64,000 nt of DNA from NCBI GenBank assembly GCA_035084275.1, contig CM068756.1, forward strand, positions 5,952,001 to 6,016,000. Reading direction: 5' to 3'. Numbering within the stretch: position 1 is the stretch's first letter; each line of letters starts with the position of its first letter. The DNA is from Hydrolagus colliei (Eukaryota). A program made the translations under genes and the position numbers. The notes below the pieces were generated by a model. It was not told the DNA's origin. It saw only the letters and a list, made by a program, of their open reading frames with translations, and made no database searches. Shown here one piece after another: positions 48,863-61,450 of this stretch.

Positions 48863-48910
48863 CCCCCACCGCCCCTCCCAACCCACCACCCTCCCCCACC
48901 CCCACCCCCA
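48863..48910 (-). other. C-run cluster (potential G-quadruplex on minus strand)
   Basis: Eight runs of 3+ C in ~48 bp. Confidence 0.5.
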
Positions 48911-50779
48911 CACACACATTCTCCAATTTACAGTACCTGATGAATGCGTAATACAGTTTTTTAAAAGCTTTTTTTAAAGTAATATCTTTTCAGCATGCCT
49001 AAAGCATTATATTAGTCCATATTTTAGTGGCTATACTAGTTTTGACAGTCCCTGTTCTTCTATAGGTCACTTCCGAATTCAAAACCTGGGAATACTAAAT
49101 TATTTATTTGGCAGTATCCATTTGGCTCGCTTCAGTTATTTGAATTCCTCTTTAGCTTTTGTAATCTCTAGAAAGCTGTAATTTATTCTGCCACTTTTGT
49201 AACCAGTTGGAGAAAAACATTATTTTCGGAAAGATGTAACCTTTGAGATAACATCACAGGAAAGCAAGGTTCAGAATTGATTCACTGTAACATCAGGTAG
49301 AAATCAGGAAAGAGAGGATACATTATCATGGCCCGTGGTTAGGTCCACAATCTGCCTTCATAATGCCAAGAAGCCTGACCACATTACTCGCAACTGTCAC
49401 AGAATGATGTTATTTGGGGTCATCGACAGTAGAGAAATAAGTCGTAAACCATTGTCAACAAATTTCTATGCTGTTAATAATCGCGGCTTTGCTATTTTGC
49501 AAACAGGCCCAGTCTGGCTCTCCAGGTGTATGTTAAAGAGCCCATGGCACGATTTGCAGAAGAGGAGTTTTTGCCAGTTACTTGAGGAGTTGCTTCAAAG
49601 ACTGAATAAGGTTAATTGATTTACACTGTTTCGATAATTTTATAATAGCAGAATAAACAATGAAAGCATCATTATGTTTTATTTGAAAATACGTGTGTAG
49701 GATGCTGGCGTATTTCAGAGGGCAAATGCTCTTCTGCCTCATATCTAATTTTACACCAGCACAAAATAAGATCTCTATGAGCAATGCATGTGACAATTTC
49801 TAACAGGGTTTCTTGGTAAAGAAACACAAACCACTTGCAGCAACTCTACTCTGATGCGATCTTTCAGAGTGGAGTGGGCGTGACATGAGCACAACATTGT
49901 TCCAGTTCCCGGAGGACGTCCCTACTCATATGAAGAATTTCTTTAGAAATCCCCGCATGTTAGACCCCATCATTTGAATGTGTGGTAATAGTGACAACCA
50001 ACAGTGAGTTTCAGAATGTGTTATGGCAAGCGTCGAGGTGTTTTTGTCCGTGACGTGCCTCACATTTATTGGTTATCTTCCTGTTCAGTGACCTGCAGGT
50101 GTCGTTGAATCTCCAATTACCTCAGGGATAGGAAATATAACAGAAAAAGGAATAATCTAAGGATTAATACAGTAGAATAATGACCAATAATGAATGGTCC
50201 ATGAAACAAATACTTTTTCCATGTGAAACTAGAATATGGATAATTTTTTGGAAGAAATGCTCCACTTTCAGTAGTTTTTTTAAAACAAAACTACAATCAT
50301 ACCTTTCTTCAGGGGAAAAGAAAATACTAAACGTTAGAGGCGTGGCTGTTTAATTTATTATTACAAATAATTGCATCTACATCAAACAAAATGGCAAATT
50401 CAGCACTGGGCAGGAACAAAAGCTACATTTGCATCTATTGTAATTTAAGTACAACACTTCAACTCAGTGCTAAGGCACTAAGGCCGGTTAAATTGCAATT
50501 TTAGGCACAAATGCAAATCTGATGCCGTTCACATGCATCTACCACTACTTAACGTATGTAATTTGTGCTACCAGTGTTATTAATGTCCATTCAGACACTT
50601 TGTTCATTTGCAGAAGAGCACTAAAGTAAGTTAAAAAATAAATAAAACCACTCCGTTGAAACTCAATGTATCCTTACAAAATGATCAGGAAATAAAGGGG
50701 TAAAAAAAATTCTGTGCCTGTTAACCTCTTCTTTGTGCTATTTAACCATTCCTTGTATTGGTTAGTGCATGGGTGTTAA

Positions 50780-50903
50780 AGAGTGTGGGGGGAAAGGACA
50801 GGGAACTGGGGAAAGGATAGAGAAGCTGTTTTGGGGAGCAAACAGCAACATGAAAATGGGCTGAATGATCTCCTTTAGTAGCATATATCGCTATGGTTCT
50901 AAT
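50780..50903 (+). mobile_element. CR1 3' end remnant
   Basis: GGGGGAAAGGACAGGGAACTGGG..ATGGGCTGAATGATCTCCTT..CTATGGTTCT; reverse-complement match to 52874-53012. Confidence 0.65.
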
Positions 50904-52404
50904 ACAAGGAATAGGTAAAAATATAGCATACAATTTAACTCCCAAGAGTATCTAGAGTATCCCAAAAGTGTCTCAATTCGGAAAAGGAAAAACCCTCAAC
51001 GCTACATGGTGATGCAAAGTATTGCAACAAGGCAAAATTTAAGAGCGTGTGGTTGACATACACCCTTTGAATGGCAAATTGTTTGAATCTGTTTATTTGA
51101 TTTTTTTCCAATTTCAGTTAGACATGATGCACTTTGTAGTTTTTTTTAAAATCAACTATTTGGCTGTTCCACAAGAGGGTCAGTCAAAATGAGGGCAAGT
51201 CACAAATAGCACTTCAAAATAGCACATAGCAAAATGAATTGGGAAACAGACATAGAGATGATACATCTAACTGCTATATCAAATGTGTGCACACAAATCC
51301 CTCTGAAGTAATTATTTGCTTCATTCCCACCCCATTCCCCCACACACACCTCAAAAAAAAAACCTTGGCTCCATCCCTGACGAGATCAAAGGATCTTTCA
51401 TGTAAAGGACCATGTCAAGTCTAAACAATATAATCATCGCTGGTTAGAGCACAATTTCTTCGACGCTGAAACATGGATTTAAATCCTACATGCAGAACGG
51501 ATAATGATCTGACATTGTCAACGAAGTGTGAGGGGAATTCTTCACAGCAACTGATGGATACCCCATGCCTGGCATGATAAAATATTGCTCAGGTGGGGAG
51601 GGAAGAAATATAGTATAGAACTATACTTCCGCTCTGTGGACATGAATGAGAGAACTTACTCCCAATTATATTAGTTTCACTTGCCAGCTTGTTATCATTC
51701 CCTTTTGGAGCACAAATACCAACACACAAAACAAAAGGAAAACAGTAAAGATCACGAGGCTGGTGATTTAGTATGACTTTTAACATCTATCAAAATACTA
51801 CTGGGACTGGGAGTCCCATGTATCAGTAGACAATGAGTAATACAATGACACCTTCATGACATCTTCACTATACATTAAATTTTCTGTGGCTGGATAGTGT
51901 ACAATAAAAGGACAGATATGTCATTCTTTTTCTTTTGTTGTACACAGTGGATTGGTTGAGGAGATGTCAGTGGTAGGTATCAACAGATGATACAACATAC
52001 CACTTTAGTCAAAATGAGCTCTCAAACTAAGATCTTTTGAGACATACAAGACAGCAACTAGATCTGTTCATATCTTCCAGCCCTCAGTGTTCTTTTGCCT
52101 TTCCTCAAGATGCCTTTCAGTCGCATATTACTTAGTAAGCTGAAGTTAGCTTTTGTTTCTTCTGCCACCTGGACTTCACATTCAGGCTTTATGGATCTGT
52201 GGCCAGACTGTGACAATCTTTCCTTTGCAAAACTTACATCTGAAAGAAAGCATTAATTCTCAACTACAAGTACGTATCATGTTGCGTGATTTGATTGTCT
52301 TATTCTTTATTTCTGCATCTAAAACCAGATGTATTGATTTCCTCTATTTTGTTCATGGAAGCTTCATAGAAAATTTGTTTTGAAATGTTTCACATTAGCA
52401 ATAC

Positions 52405-52515
52405 TAAATAATAACAATCCTTACGTTTGATACAGAGCCTTTTAAATTCAGAGAATGGAGGAAAGTGCTTCACAGGATATACTGCAAAGTGAATGTGTAT
52501 TTGTGGGCAAATGTG
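52405..52515 (-). mobile_element. DeuSINE 3' fragment
   Basis: AATAATAACAATCCTTACGTTTGATA..AAAGTGCTTCACAGGATATACTG..TTTGTGGGCAAA. Confidence 0.7.
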
Positions 52516-52873
52516 TTTTAAAGCATCTCAACAAATAAGAACTAAATAATATGTTTGACAGAACAATAAAAGCTACTATAATGAAGCAAGGATTCAATTC
52601 AGAAGAGGTGAACAGATTGTTAGATTTAATTGCTTTACACAGAGTGGCAATGATGGAACAGACTGCTGAGGAGTCAGTATTGGCAAATTCAAGAAGAAGC
52701 TGGATAGATTATTATCAAAAGAAGTAATGAAAAAATATAAAATATTATAGTGTCTTTTTCAAATTTTAGGGCTGGCCAGTGTATTTTTCTGATCTTAGAC
52801 ATTCCTATTTTGCGAGTTAGGAAGAAATTCATTATTGAACATTATTTAACCCAGAGTCACAATTTACAATGTT

Positions 52874-53012
52874 AATCATAAAATCGTAGACTTATATGGC
52901 GCAGAAGGAGGTCATTCAGCCCATCATGTCCCTGCTGGCTCTTTGAAAGAACTATCCAAATTAGTCCCACTCCCTCACTATCTCTCCCATAGCCCTGCAA
53001 ATTTGTCCTCCT
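52874..53012 (-). mobile_element. CR1 3' terminus (chondrichthyan-type)
   Basis: ATCATAAAATCGTAGA..GGCGCAGAAGGAGGTCATTCAGCCCATCATGTCC..GGCTCTTTGAAAGAACTATCCAA..GTCCCACTCCC..CCCATAGCCCTGCAAATTT. Confidence 0.75.
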
Positions 53013-53354
53013 ATAATGCTACAGCATTTACAGTAAATATCTTATTTTGTAGCATTGACATTTTATAAATTGTGTATTGAATGCTGTTCAATAATCATCC
53101 ACAAAATATATTTGCCAAAATATATCCGTCTGATTTTTTTTAGAATATCACACTATAAAAATCAACTATTAAATCAATCATGGTATGTCTAATGCAAAAC
53201 AGCTAATAAGCCAGATAGACTAAAAAAAAATCTGTTTCAATTGCATATCAAGTCTCATATTTCAGACTCTCTGCTGGCTGATATTATTTCTAGGTTTACT
53301 TTCTTAATGTCATTTAGTTTCTTATATAATTCTATAAGGTATTCTCTACGATAT

Positions 53355-53760
53355 CTCTTTTCAAGGCTGAAGAGCCCCCATCTTATTGCAATGTCGCTCA
53401 CAGATGATCCCTCTCGCACTGGAGAATATCCTTACTGTTCTTTGCACTCAATCCAGGCCTGAGTCCTGACTATAACTATGCATATATTACTCAAGGTGCA
53501 GCTTAAGCAGAGCATGATATGGCTTGACCATGACTTCTATGGATCTGAATCGATTTGGCTAGGTAGCCCAGCATCCCAGTTATCTTGTTTACTGTTAACT
53601 TCTAATGTTTCCAAACATTAGAAGTTAACAGTGGTAAGCATTGAGATAACTAGCACCCCTAGGTCTCTTTTAACGTTTTCCTCTGCAAGTACTAACCCAA
53701 AGCTGTAGATGTGCCTCTTGCATATTTTGTTTCATTTCATTATTCGAAAGTGCCAGACAA
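53355..53760 (-). mobile_element. Decayed CR1 ORF2 C-terminal fragment
   Basis: Antisense of KRDLGVL (AGCACCCCTAGGTCTCTTT), LHLEY (TACTCAAGGTGCAG) and LFSLEKR (CTCTTTTCAAGGCTGAAGAG). Confidence 0.75.
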
Positions 53761-54144
53761 TAGCCTCTAACTGTGTGCTGTACATTGTTAAGGAAAGCCC
53801 TCACAGCTGGGTAGTAGACTAACAGTAGAAAAGTATGTATATGGATGATAAATCCAAAGCAAGTAACGGTTGATTGCTTGACTCTAAGCACCTTAGTGCT
53901 GGATGAACCAGCTTCAGATTGATTGCAGTCGTATCTTGCTGTCTTTGGTCCCCAGAATTTGTTAGCTTACACCAAAAATCACACAAAGAGAAATAGCATA
54001 AGCCAAGGTATTAACAAAAGGTTTCAATGGAAACCATCATCATGAATTATCAGTAATTACCAGAACGTCTCTCCAAAGAAAGTTTACTCCTGAATAAATA
54101 AAGAAATTATAGGGAATTCATTAATCCTTTCATCTTTAGCTTAC

Positions 54145-54567
54145 GGGTGTCAGCTTGACTCAGTAGGTAGCACTCTTGCGTATGAATTAGAAGGTTGTGG
54201 GCAAGCCCTGTGATGGAATTTGAATTCATGATCTGGGCTGATACTCCAATGCAATCTTGGGGAAGTGACACATTAATGAAGCCATCCTTTAGGTGAGATC
54301 TTGAGCTAAAATCATGCTTATTTTTTCAGATGGATGTCAAAGATCTCAAGGCACCATTCAAGAAGAGGGAGTAGTGGGGAGATTTCTCTTGGTCTTCCAA
54401 CCAACAACCCCAAGGTCAGGTTGAACATTCGCTTCATAGTTGTTTGTGGGACATTGCTGTGCTCTTGTTTGTCTACAGAATACACAGTCGACCCATTTAA
54501 CAGTAAAATCCTGTGCAGTATTTCAAGACACCCTGACAATTTGAATGACTCAAATCAAATGCATACG
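54145..54567 (+). mobile_element. Older long DeuSINE
   Basis: Head GACTCAGTAGGTAGCACTCTTG..AGAAGGTTGTGGG; Deu GGATGTCAAAGATCTCAAGGCACCATTCAAGAAGAG..TTGTTTGTGGGACATTGCTGTGC. Confidence 0.8.
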
Positions 54568-54910
54568 TTTTTTTCCTGAAGTAATGTCTTATTCTCATTT
54601 TTTTTGCATTGACGAGCAGTTACTTGAGCGAGCATAACCATTGACCCTTCCTGCAGCTATACCCATGCCTCTTGTCTTATAATTAACCATAGCAATAATC
54701 ATTACAGCAGAGATTAATTTTTATTCTGCATGAATAATCTTTTTATTACATTACGACACTTGCCACTTATTTATTAAATTATTTGTTACCTGGTATTATT
54801 CATTATTGCAAGCTCTCTGGATTCTAAAGAAAATAGTTATTCCACAAATTGAGGTTCAAGGGCAATTATTCCCAGTTACCTTTGCAGTACATCATGCAAT
54901 TACCATAGTA

Positions 54911-55254
54911 CAGTCTAGGCTATCACTGCTTTACAGTACTGGGGGGATATGCGGCATTGTCCGAGGTGCCATTCCTCAGATAACATGTTAAATCAATGTC
55001 CTGTTTGCCCATTCAGGTGAATGTAAAAGATCTCATGGCATTTGTCCTTGCTGACAAAACCCTAATCACTGACCTTATCGTTAAAAAAATGTTTTGTTTG
55101 TTTGTGGGACATTGCTGTGAGCAAATTAGCTGCATCATTTGCCTGGAAATGCACATTTACTACACTTGACAATAAAGATGTAAAGACATCAGTTTCAGAT
55201 GTCTCAATGATGTGATGAGCTGCTATATCAAATTGCCCGGATTTTATTTATTAT
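54911..55254 (+). mobile_element. 5'-truncated long DeuSINE
   Basis: CAGTACTGGGGG..GAGGTGCC..CAGGTGAATGTAAAAGATCTCATGGCA..TTTGTGGGACATTGCTGTGAGCAAATTAGCTGC..GCTATATCAAAT tail. Confidence 0.8.
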
Positions 55255-56224
55255 CTTGTTTAAACAAGGAGTCTGTGGTGGACACGGAAATTACCCTTCC
55301 TAAGACTCCCTGTAAGAAAGACCTGCATGTGGTATTTATTACTATTGCATGTGGAAAAGTTTTTTAAATATTGTTAACTCATTTATATGTAGGCAGTTGG
55401 GGTTTTGTCTCACCAAAAACAGCTATGCCTTTCTTTGATGATTTTTATGAAGTGAAACAGGAAATGATATTGTTGGATCTTAGCAGGGAGGATCACATCA
55501 TAGACAGCAGCTTCAAACTTTTATGCAATAAATTCAATCCTAAGATATGAAACCTTCCCTAATAAATTAAAAATGTGATGGCTTTGCTGTTTTTTTCCCC
55601 CAATCATTTTGTTACTAAGTTAGTCATACAGTCTGCACTCTCCATTTGTCAAGGCAAAACCAGTGTCAACACTTCGCTTGGGCCTAAAGTACCGACAACA
55701 CAAAAAGCAGATGGATGGTTATTGGTGTGTTAAGAGAAACATGTAGTACATAGAGTTTCATTATTGTTGGGCTTGGATCTTGTGATCAGCAATTTAAAGC
55801 ACATGATTCATCAACAAGACATTTTTAACCATGCAAGAGAAATGCTGTCCGATCCTTCAATCTCACTGACAGGTCAAACATGCTGATTAATAGTAAATCT
55901 TTATGATATGACTTTTTAATGCATTTTTATCCTGTACACTGCCTGATACCACCACAAACATAAACATTATGAGCTGCATCATGCATATTGCAATACTATG
56001 CAGCTACCATCTTCTATAAAAATAGACTTAAATCTGTACTGAAGTATAGTTGAATTTAATCTGCTTGCACTATGCTTTTTGAACAAAACTCTGATTGACT
56101 CTTGTATGTTTTCAAATAAAACATAAAACTGCATTTGTATAGAGATGCAGTTTACAATAAAGAGATAGTATAATCTATTAGATAGAGAATCCAGCCTGTC
56201 ATTAATCATGAATATAAAGCTAAA

Positions 56225-56328
56225 TATATAATAATAAGTCTTGCATTTGGTACAACACATTTACATATTGTCGAGATGTCTTAGGGTTCCTCACAGGATT
56301 TTACTGTGTGTGTATTTTGTAGGCAAGC
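56225..56328 (-). mobile_element. Decayed SINE tail
   Basis: ATAATAATAAGTCTTGCATTTGGTA..GAGATGTC..TCACAGGATTTTACTGT. Confidence 0.55.
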
Positions 56329-57543
56329 TTGGGCATGGTAGTAATGAGTCTGGACACTGGTCTGGCCAATAATAAGTCTAGTGTAAGCTCAAATATCAAC
56401 CCTAGCTTTTCTGTGTGGATGAGAATCCCTTTTATATCAAAGGTGAGCCAAGTGTGATTCCACTGATAGACATTGCATTGCACATGAACGTATGCATGTG
56501 TCTAAATTTGCTGGTCAATGACACAGATTTACTTTGCTGAACAGGCTTCTTGTCAGTCTCGAATTGTGTTCATTCATGTGGCTCTTGATGCCGTTGCTGA
56601 TCACAGAAAGTTCAGCAAAAGGCCTTCAGTCACACATCAGTATTCTTGTACTGAACATTTATGATTGCCCAAGTGCAAATAATAGGCCCAACAGGTTCTC
56701 TGCAAAACTGCTTTTTTTTAAAAAAAAGTATTTTTCAGTGGGTGAAGTAGACAAAGACACACATGGCTCATGAAAATTCAACGTGTGGTAAAACAGCCAG
56801 CCACAAAAGTTGTATAAGTATTACAGCCAAGTCTACCAAGGGGATGGAATGCATCACCCACATTACCTCTTACAAAGGAATTACTCTGACTGCCAGGTGT
56901 CATTATCACAAGGGGTTATTGTTGTATTTTATGCATTAAGACAGTTACAAGGATACAGGTATTCCGAGCCACAAGAGGTAGTTTCATAACTAATAAAACA
57001 AACCCTGTAGCAGTCCTGGAGGGATCGAGTCATGTAAATGCACACACCTGCCAAAGTACACCATGTGGATTTTTCTCTCCTAATCACAGTTAATGCCAAT
57101 TACGGTACAAACCAATAAGAAACTTTAAACTGATCAGTTATAGTTTGCTCCCATTGCATGTCAAAATCTCAAATTACCATTTCCCTGGTGTCTTATTGCT
57201 GTGCTGATGGGTGACAATTGTCAGGATTTCTTTTTATCGTGAACTGAAAGCATAGACTGGATCACGAGTGTGTGAAAGATTCATTTTGCTTTGCCCGTTT
57301 TGGTTTTAATAAAAGGTCTGAGTTAGGTAACTCACTTCACTCCTTTCTGATAGAGACCCAACTCAACTTAGGGACAAGTTGTCTAATTAATCGTATGGTC
57401 TTTGCCCTCAGAGCAAAGTGATGTGGTGACAGATTGTAAATTTACTGATATGAAGAGAATGAACCCAATAGACATTTGTCTCTCCCATTCCAGTGTAGTA
57501 AAGACTCCCCAACATTGTGCGTATAACATGCCCTGACCAAAAT

Positions 57544-57587
57544 TCCCTCAAATAACATTGGACATGTCCCTCAAATAACACTGGACA
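57544..57587 (+). repeat. 23-bp tandem duplication
   Basis: TCCCTCAAATAACA(T/C)TGGACA x2. Confidence 0.85.
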
Positions 57588-57604
57588 AATACCTATTGTC
57601 TGGT

Positions 57605-57718
57605 CTGTTTGTCTACCAACACATAGTCACTGCACTTCACAGTAAGATTCTGTGAAGTATTTTGAAATGTCTCAACAGCATGATAAAGCGCAGCATCAAA
57701 TGCAAGGATTATAATTAT
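57605..57718 (+). mobile_element. DeuSINE 3' fragment
   Basis: CACTTCACAGTAAGATTCTGTGAAGTATTTTGAAATGTC..TGATAAAGCGC..TCAAATGCAAGGATTAT. Confidence 0.7.
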
Positions 57719-60700
57719 GATAAAAATGAGACTGACTGTTGTTAGTAAATCTGTTCACCACTATTTGTAGCGGTACAACATTGTACCGCTACAAATAGAC
57801 ATGAGTTTCTAATTGTGACCTGACCAAACCCACCCCCCAAATAAACTTGTTCATTTACTTCATGGCTATTTGTGGGCCATTGCAATGTGCAAATAGGCTG
57901 CTATGTTCGTTTCTGTGCTTTTTGATGATAGAAATTATATCCAGTACTGTATATTGGAAAAAAAAACTCATGCTTTGAAGCAAAATTCTCAAGGACAAAA
58001 GTCATGTGAGCGGCCAATAATATTTCCAATGCAATGTGCAGCTGACATCTGCCTGTCTTTTTCTCACCTTCAGCATTCCTAACGCATCAACCCTTTTGAC
58101 AAGAGAAAGTTGCATTCTTTAACATGTCCAAAGTGACCACAAGCTGCGACATGTCAAGTGTTACAAAAGGATGAAACAGAAACCATCCAATTTTCCAGGT
58201 AGGCATTCCTGATCATGTGAGTTAATAGCACTGTTGTCATCTTTGTTAGCTCCTAAAAGTTCACTTAAATGGTAAATCTGTTATACTGCAGCAGAGTTTC
58301 ATTATCATGAAGCACAACTGTTTTTATCAGAGGATCAATATTTTTAAGCTATTTTCAAATAGTTTTCTTTTTTGAAAAAATCAATGTAGTTAACATATAA
58401 CAGATCATAGAGACGTCAAACGCCTGAAATTGAATTTGTTCTAAAAGGTCAGCTATTTTCTAATTCCAACCTGCGACAGAATTCCTCAGACCGTAAGTGT
58501 AAAGCTCCTTGAAAAACAGTTTTATAGCTATCAATGAATTGGTATGCAGAATTCCCAACTTTCACAATCAAGTTGAGTAGTTCATTAAACGGTTCATTTC
58601 ACTGTTTTGATATGACATGGTTCTGACTTAAGATTATTACAATGGCCCACACATGTGGTCTATAGGAAAGTGGTTGTATTTACAATGATATTCAATCCAC
58701 CAAATTCTTTTTAGTCAACCAGATGTCATGCTCTAGTCTAGGTGATTTGCTGCGCTTGATTATCCAGAATCTACAGACCAGGAAGTGATATTGAAATGTT
58801 GAGAAGTGTAGATTTCCTTTGTTTTTATACGTTTCAAATTGCATCAGAACCTCTACATGTGCCAAAAGTTTATCTTCATTTATCTTAACAAGACTCTTTA
58901 CCATTTTTTTTACAGTGAAATGGGTAGGATTCAGTCATACACACTGCTTCCTGGATCCCAAGGGATTAGACACTATTAGGTACAGGCAAGCATCTACCAG
59001 ACTAGCACAGCACTGTTCAGATGTAAGACACATGACACGGCCCTGCAAACCATCACTAGCCTGCCAGTGAAACAGATGCAATTTACCCTTGACCACTTCT
59101 AGTCTGCCAGAGAATCCAAGACACATCAAGCTCTCAGACTGATATTATACATCACGGAAATGGATGTGGCCCAGTTCAGAGCACTTTGGAGTTTCAATCT
59201 CAGATCTCAATCCAAGCACTGACATTGATAAAACAACGGTGTCTCTCTTTGGGGGTATTTGCAACAGATAATGACATCACAATCTTCCATCCAACATCTT
59301 TTTTCCCCTGAAGTATTTATAGAATATTATTCAACTGCAGTGAAATATTAGAAGGGGAACTTCTAATTGTCAGACCAACAACGTGTGGGCTAAATTTGTG
59401 ATTTGGATTAACCATGTGCAAAACTATGTTTTCAAGTAGGTGACAAGTGCTCTTAATTCCATAGGTAACCAATGAAAATAAAATGGGTGATTCTTTAATC
59501 ACTGACACTGGTCATCAATAATGACATAAACATCATTATAATAATGCTTCCATTTGACATAGAACTTCCCATGTCAGGAGGACATCCAAGCATTTCATGG
59601 GATACACTGTAAAGTGCAATGACAGTGTATTTTATAGGTTGGGGCCTAGGAATACAAGGACACATTTTTAATACATAGTTAACACTACCTGCAACTGTTA
59701 CACAGTTTGTTAACCTAACCTGCAAATCAAACAAACTACTCCAAACTCAGCATCTGTCAATGAGTTCATTTCTAATATATTACTTTGAATTCCAATTTCA
59801 TGGAATTGCTCGACCCACGAGATAACACTTAGGAAGTGTGAGGATCATGGTGCTGGCTCCAAGCTGTAAATGTCATTACAAAGTAATCACACATTTGAGA
59901 AATTAGAGTGATACAGGACAAAGGTTGTGTGGATAACCCTGCAGCCCTCTATGATATAATGTCACTTGTGCAGCACTCTCACATAAATCCCATCAGCAAA
60001 TTTGCTGTTAGTATAGGTTTTAAATGCATCAGTCATATAGAAAGAGCAAGCTAAAGCCCTAAATGGTAAAATGGTCCTAGCTGGACAAGCAGCAGGACGG
60101 CTTGCCAGGCTGCGTTCTCAATGGCAGCTGTGGTTTTAGCTGATTAGACTACTCTAGTTACCCCCAGCAAACCATCTGGGGTCCTTAAGCTTTGAATCTT
60201 GGCAACCTACATCCAATACTTTCCAGAATTAGGTAAACAGGATGTGTCCACCCAGAGAGAGAGAGAGAGTGCGCATTCCATTAAACATCTCTGGAATGTG
60301 CATGTGTGGGTGGGATGCATGGAATTCTTACCTTGATTTGGAAGCGCCTAGCATGGTGATAGGTTTCCGCATGGGTCAGACACCTGCTTGACCAAGAAAA
60401 AGAGTTTAGAAGCCATCTCTTCAACTTATGCACAAGAAAATCCCCACAGGGACTGAGGTTTGGTTATTACTGGTTGCTGCCTTATTTTTAAAAAATATAT
60501 AAAATTGGATATTAATCCTTGAACCTCTTTAAATTCCCACCTCATTAATCATAACTTTCTATTGGGGCAACATCATGACCTGAAGCAAGTTCATTTAAAT
60601 AAAGCAGATTTTAAATATGCAGATTTCCCAAATATCTGTAGTCACATGATTTGTGTGGCAGTCTGCAAAAAGATCCATTCTCCACTCTATTTATTCTTAA

Positions 60701-61129
60701 CAAAGCCCCAGGTACTGAAAAGATCATAAAGAAAGATGTGTACAGATAAGACTGATAAGATAGTCATTTAAAACACCTGGGTATGGAGCAGTTCCAGCAG
60801 TTGCTGCCTGCACTATTACCATGTAAAATCTGCCCCTGTCATATGTTCAGCTTCAATGACATTGATTCTGAGCCCTATTTTTTTTACTCCAAAACACATT
60901 ACATTGCAACAAGTTGCAGGTGCAGTTTAATCCTGAGTATTTCTTATCCTTCAGTGTGCTCTCATTCTTTGGGAAAATATGATTCCACTGAGGCAGTTTG
61001 GAAAACCACACAGTGAACAACAAACCCTGCCAACACCAATGTGATACTCGGTCAAAATCAGTTCAGTAGTCAGTAACAAGGCATATAATTGACGCCTGTG
61101 GGCAAAGCCACCACCCACAAAGCCCTAGG

Positions 61130-61450
61130 CCATACAGACCAGAAAGTCATGGGTTCAAATTCCAGTCTGTGCTGTGTTAGCTAAATTCAATAGGGCCAGT
61201 GATTGAGACCCGACAATTGGCCAGGGTTGAGGGGTGACATGGGTGGGGGGAGACAATGGAAAAAGAGTCAGTCAGACTTCCCACTGCTGATCTCAAATCA
61301 GAAATCCCTACTGGGACATGGACATATGATGATGGAACGAGTACAAGATTGAGCTGTGCTTTGAAGTTTCCCCACCCCCATTGACAAAGAGTCTGCCAAC
61401 ACTCACTGTCAGGACTAATGCACACAAAACAGCCGCTTGAGCGAGGTGCT
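61130..61450 (+). mobile_element. Decayed tRNA-derived SINE-like repeat, family not assigned
   Basis: B-box-like GGGTTCAAATTCC followed by GTCTGTGCTGTGTTAGCT..ACAATTGGCC..CTGCCAACACTCACTGTC; related segments at 12125 and 36535. Confidence 0.6.
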
